DNA of 64,000 bases from an uncultured Planctomycetia bacterium (GTDB lineage: Bacteria > Omnitrophota > Gorgyraeia > 2-02-FULL-51-18), in the NCBI GenBank assembly GCA_964642015.1, contig CAZXLF010000008.1, positions 18,705 to 82,704 of the forward strand, written 5' to 3'; not shown here. How positions within the stretch are numbered: the stretch's first letter is position 1. Below are more notes on the stretch, generated by a model that ran no database searches, was not told where the DNA came from, and saw only the letters and a program-made list of their open reading frames with translations.

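Noticed and set aside
20810-64000. The possibility that the giant ORF is several same-strand genes, or an assembly artefact
   Set aside because: Forty-three kilobases without a stop in one frame is not plausible by chance at this base composition. Domain order and motif punctuation are coherent across the whole length. The internal Met at 54160-54230 lacks a ribosome-binding site. It cannot be fully excluded without long-read validation.
20810-64000. GARLA occurrences as a DNA-level repeat (REP, MITE or CRISPR-like)
   Set aside because: The underlying 15-mers differ at synonymous positions (e.g. ggagctcggttggca, ggtgcgcgattggcg, ggagcaagacttgcg, ggagcgcgcctggcg). Conservation is at the peptide level only.

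Overview
This 64 kb window is almost entirely coding, and every supportable gene is on the minus strand. Positions 1-20,502 hold 19 ordinary genes: a partial FAD-dependent oxidoreductase, apgM, nrnA, a tfoX-like gene, msrA, an orphan Cas4-like PD-(D/E)XK nuclease, a DJ-1/PfpI protein, an acyl-CoA dehydrogenase, rlmD, a glutathione S-transferase, a heme-synthesis block (a hemD-hemE fusion, hemH, hemY), a family-4 glycosyltransferase, and a VWA / TPR / ExbD / ExbB cluster. The remaining 43.2 kb (20,810 to the window edge) is one uninterrupted minus-strand ORF of at least 14,393 codons. Its N-terminus runs off the window, and it is followed by a strong intrinsic terminator hairpin. Read by eye, this giant protein is a mosaic. 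It has scattered transmembrane clusters, a LacI-type helix-turn-helix motif, a six-hairpin glycosidase-like domain, an RHS/YD-repeat region, a polytopic membrane module with a family-2-glycosyltransferase-like loop, tandem about 90-residue helical repeats, and a full alpha-glucan enzyme set. That set comprises a eukaryotic-type UDP-glucose pyrophosphorylase domain, a second nucleotidyltransferase-like segment, a glycogen-synthase-like GT5 domain flanked by a duplicated about 230-residue module, a SAM-dependent methyltransferase domain and a GT35 alpha-glucan phosphorylase domain. A pentapeptide G-[AT]-R-L-[AST] (mostly GARLA) occurs about 24 times. It is encoded with different codons each time and sits between recognisable domains. 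The architecture resembles the giant genes reported from candidate-phylum bacteria such as Omnitrophota, but that attribution is speculation from sequence character only. All domain calls come from reading motifs in the translation; no searches were run.
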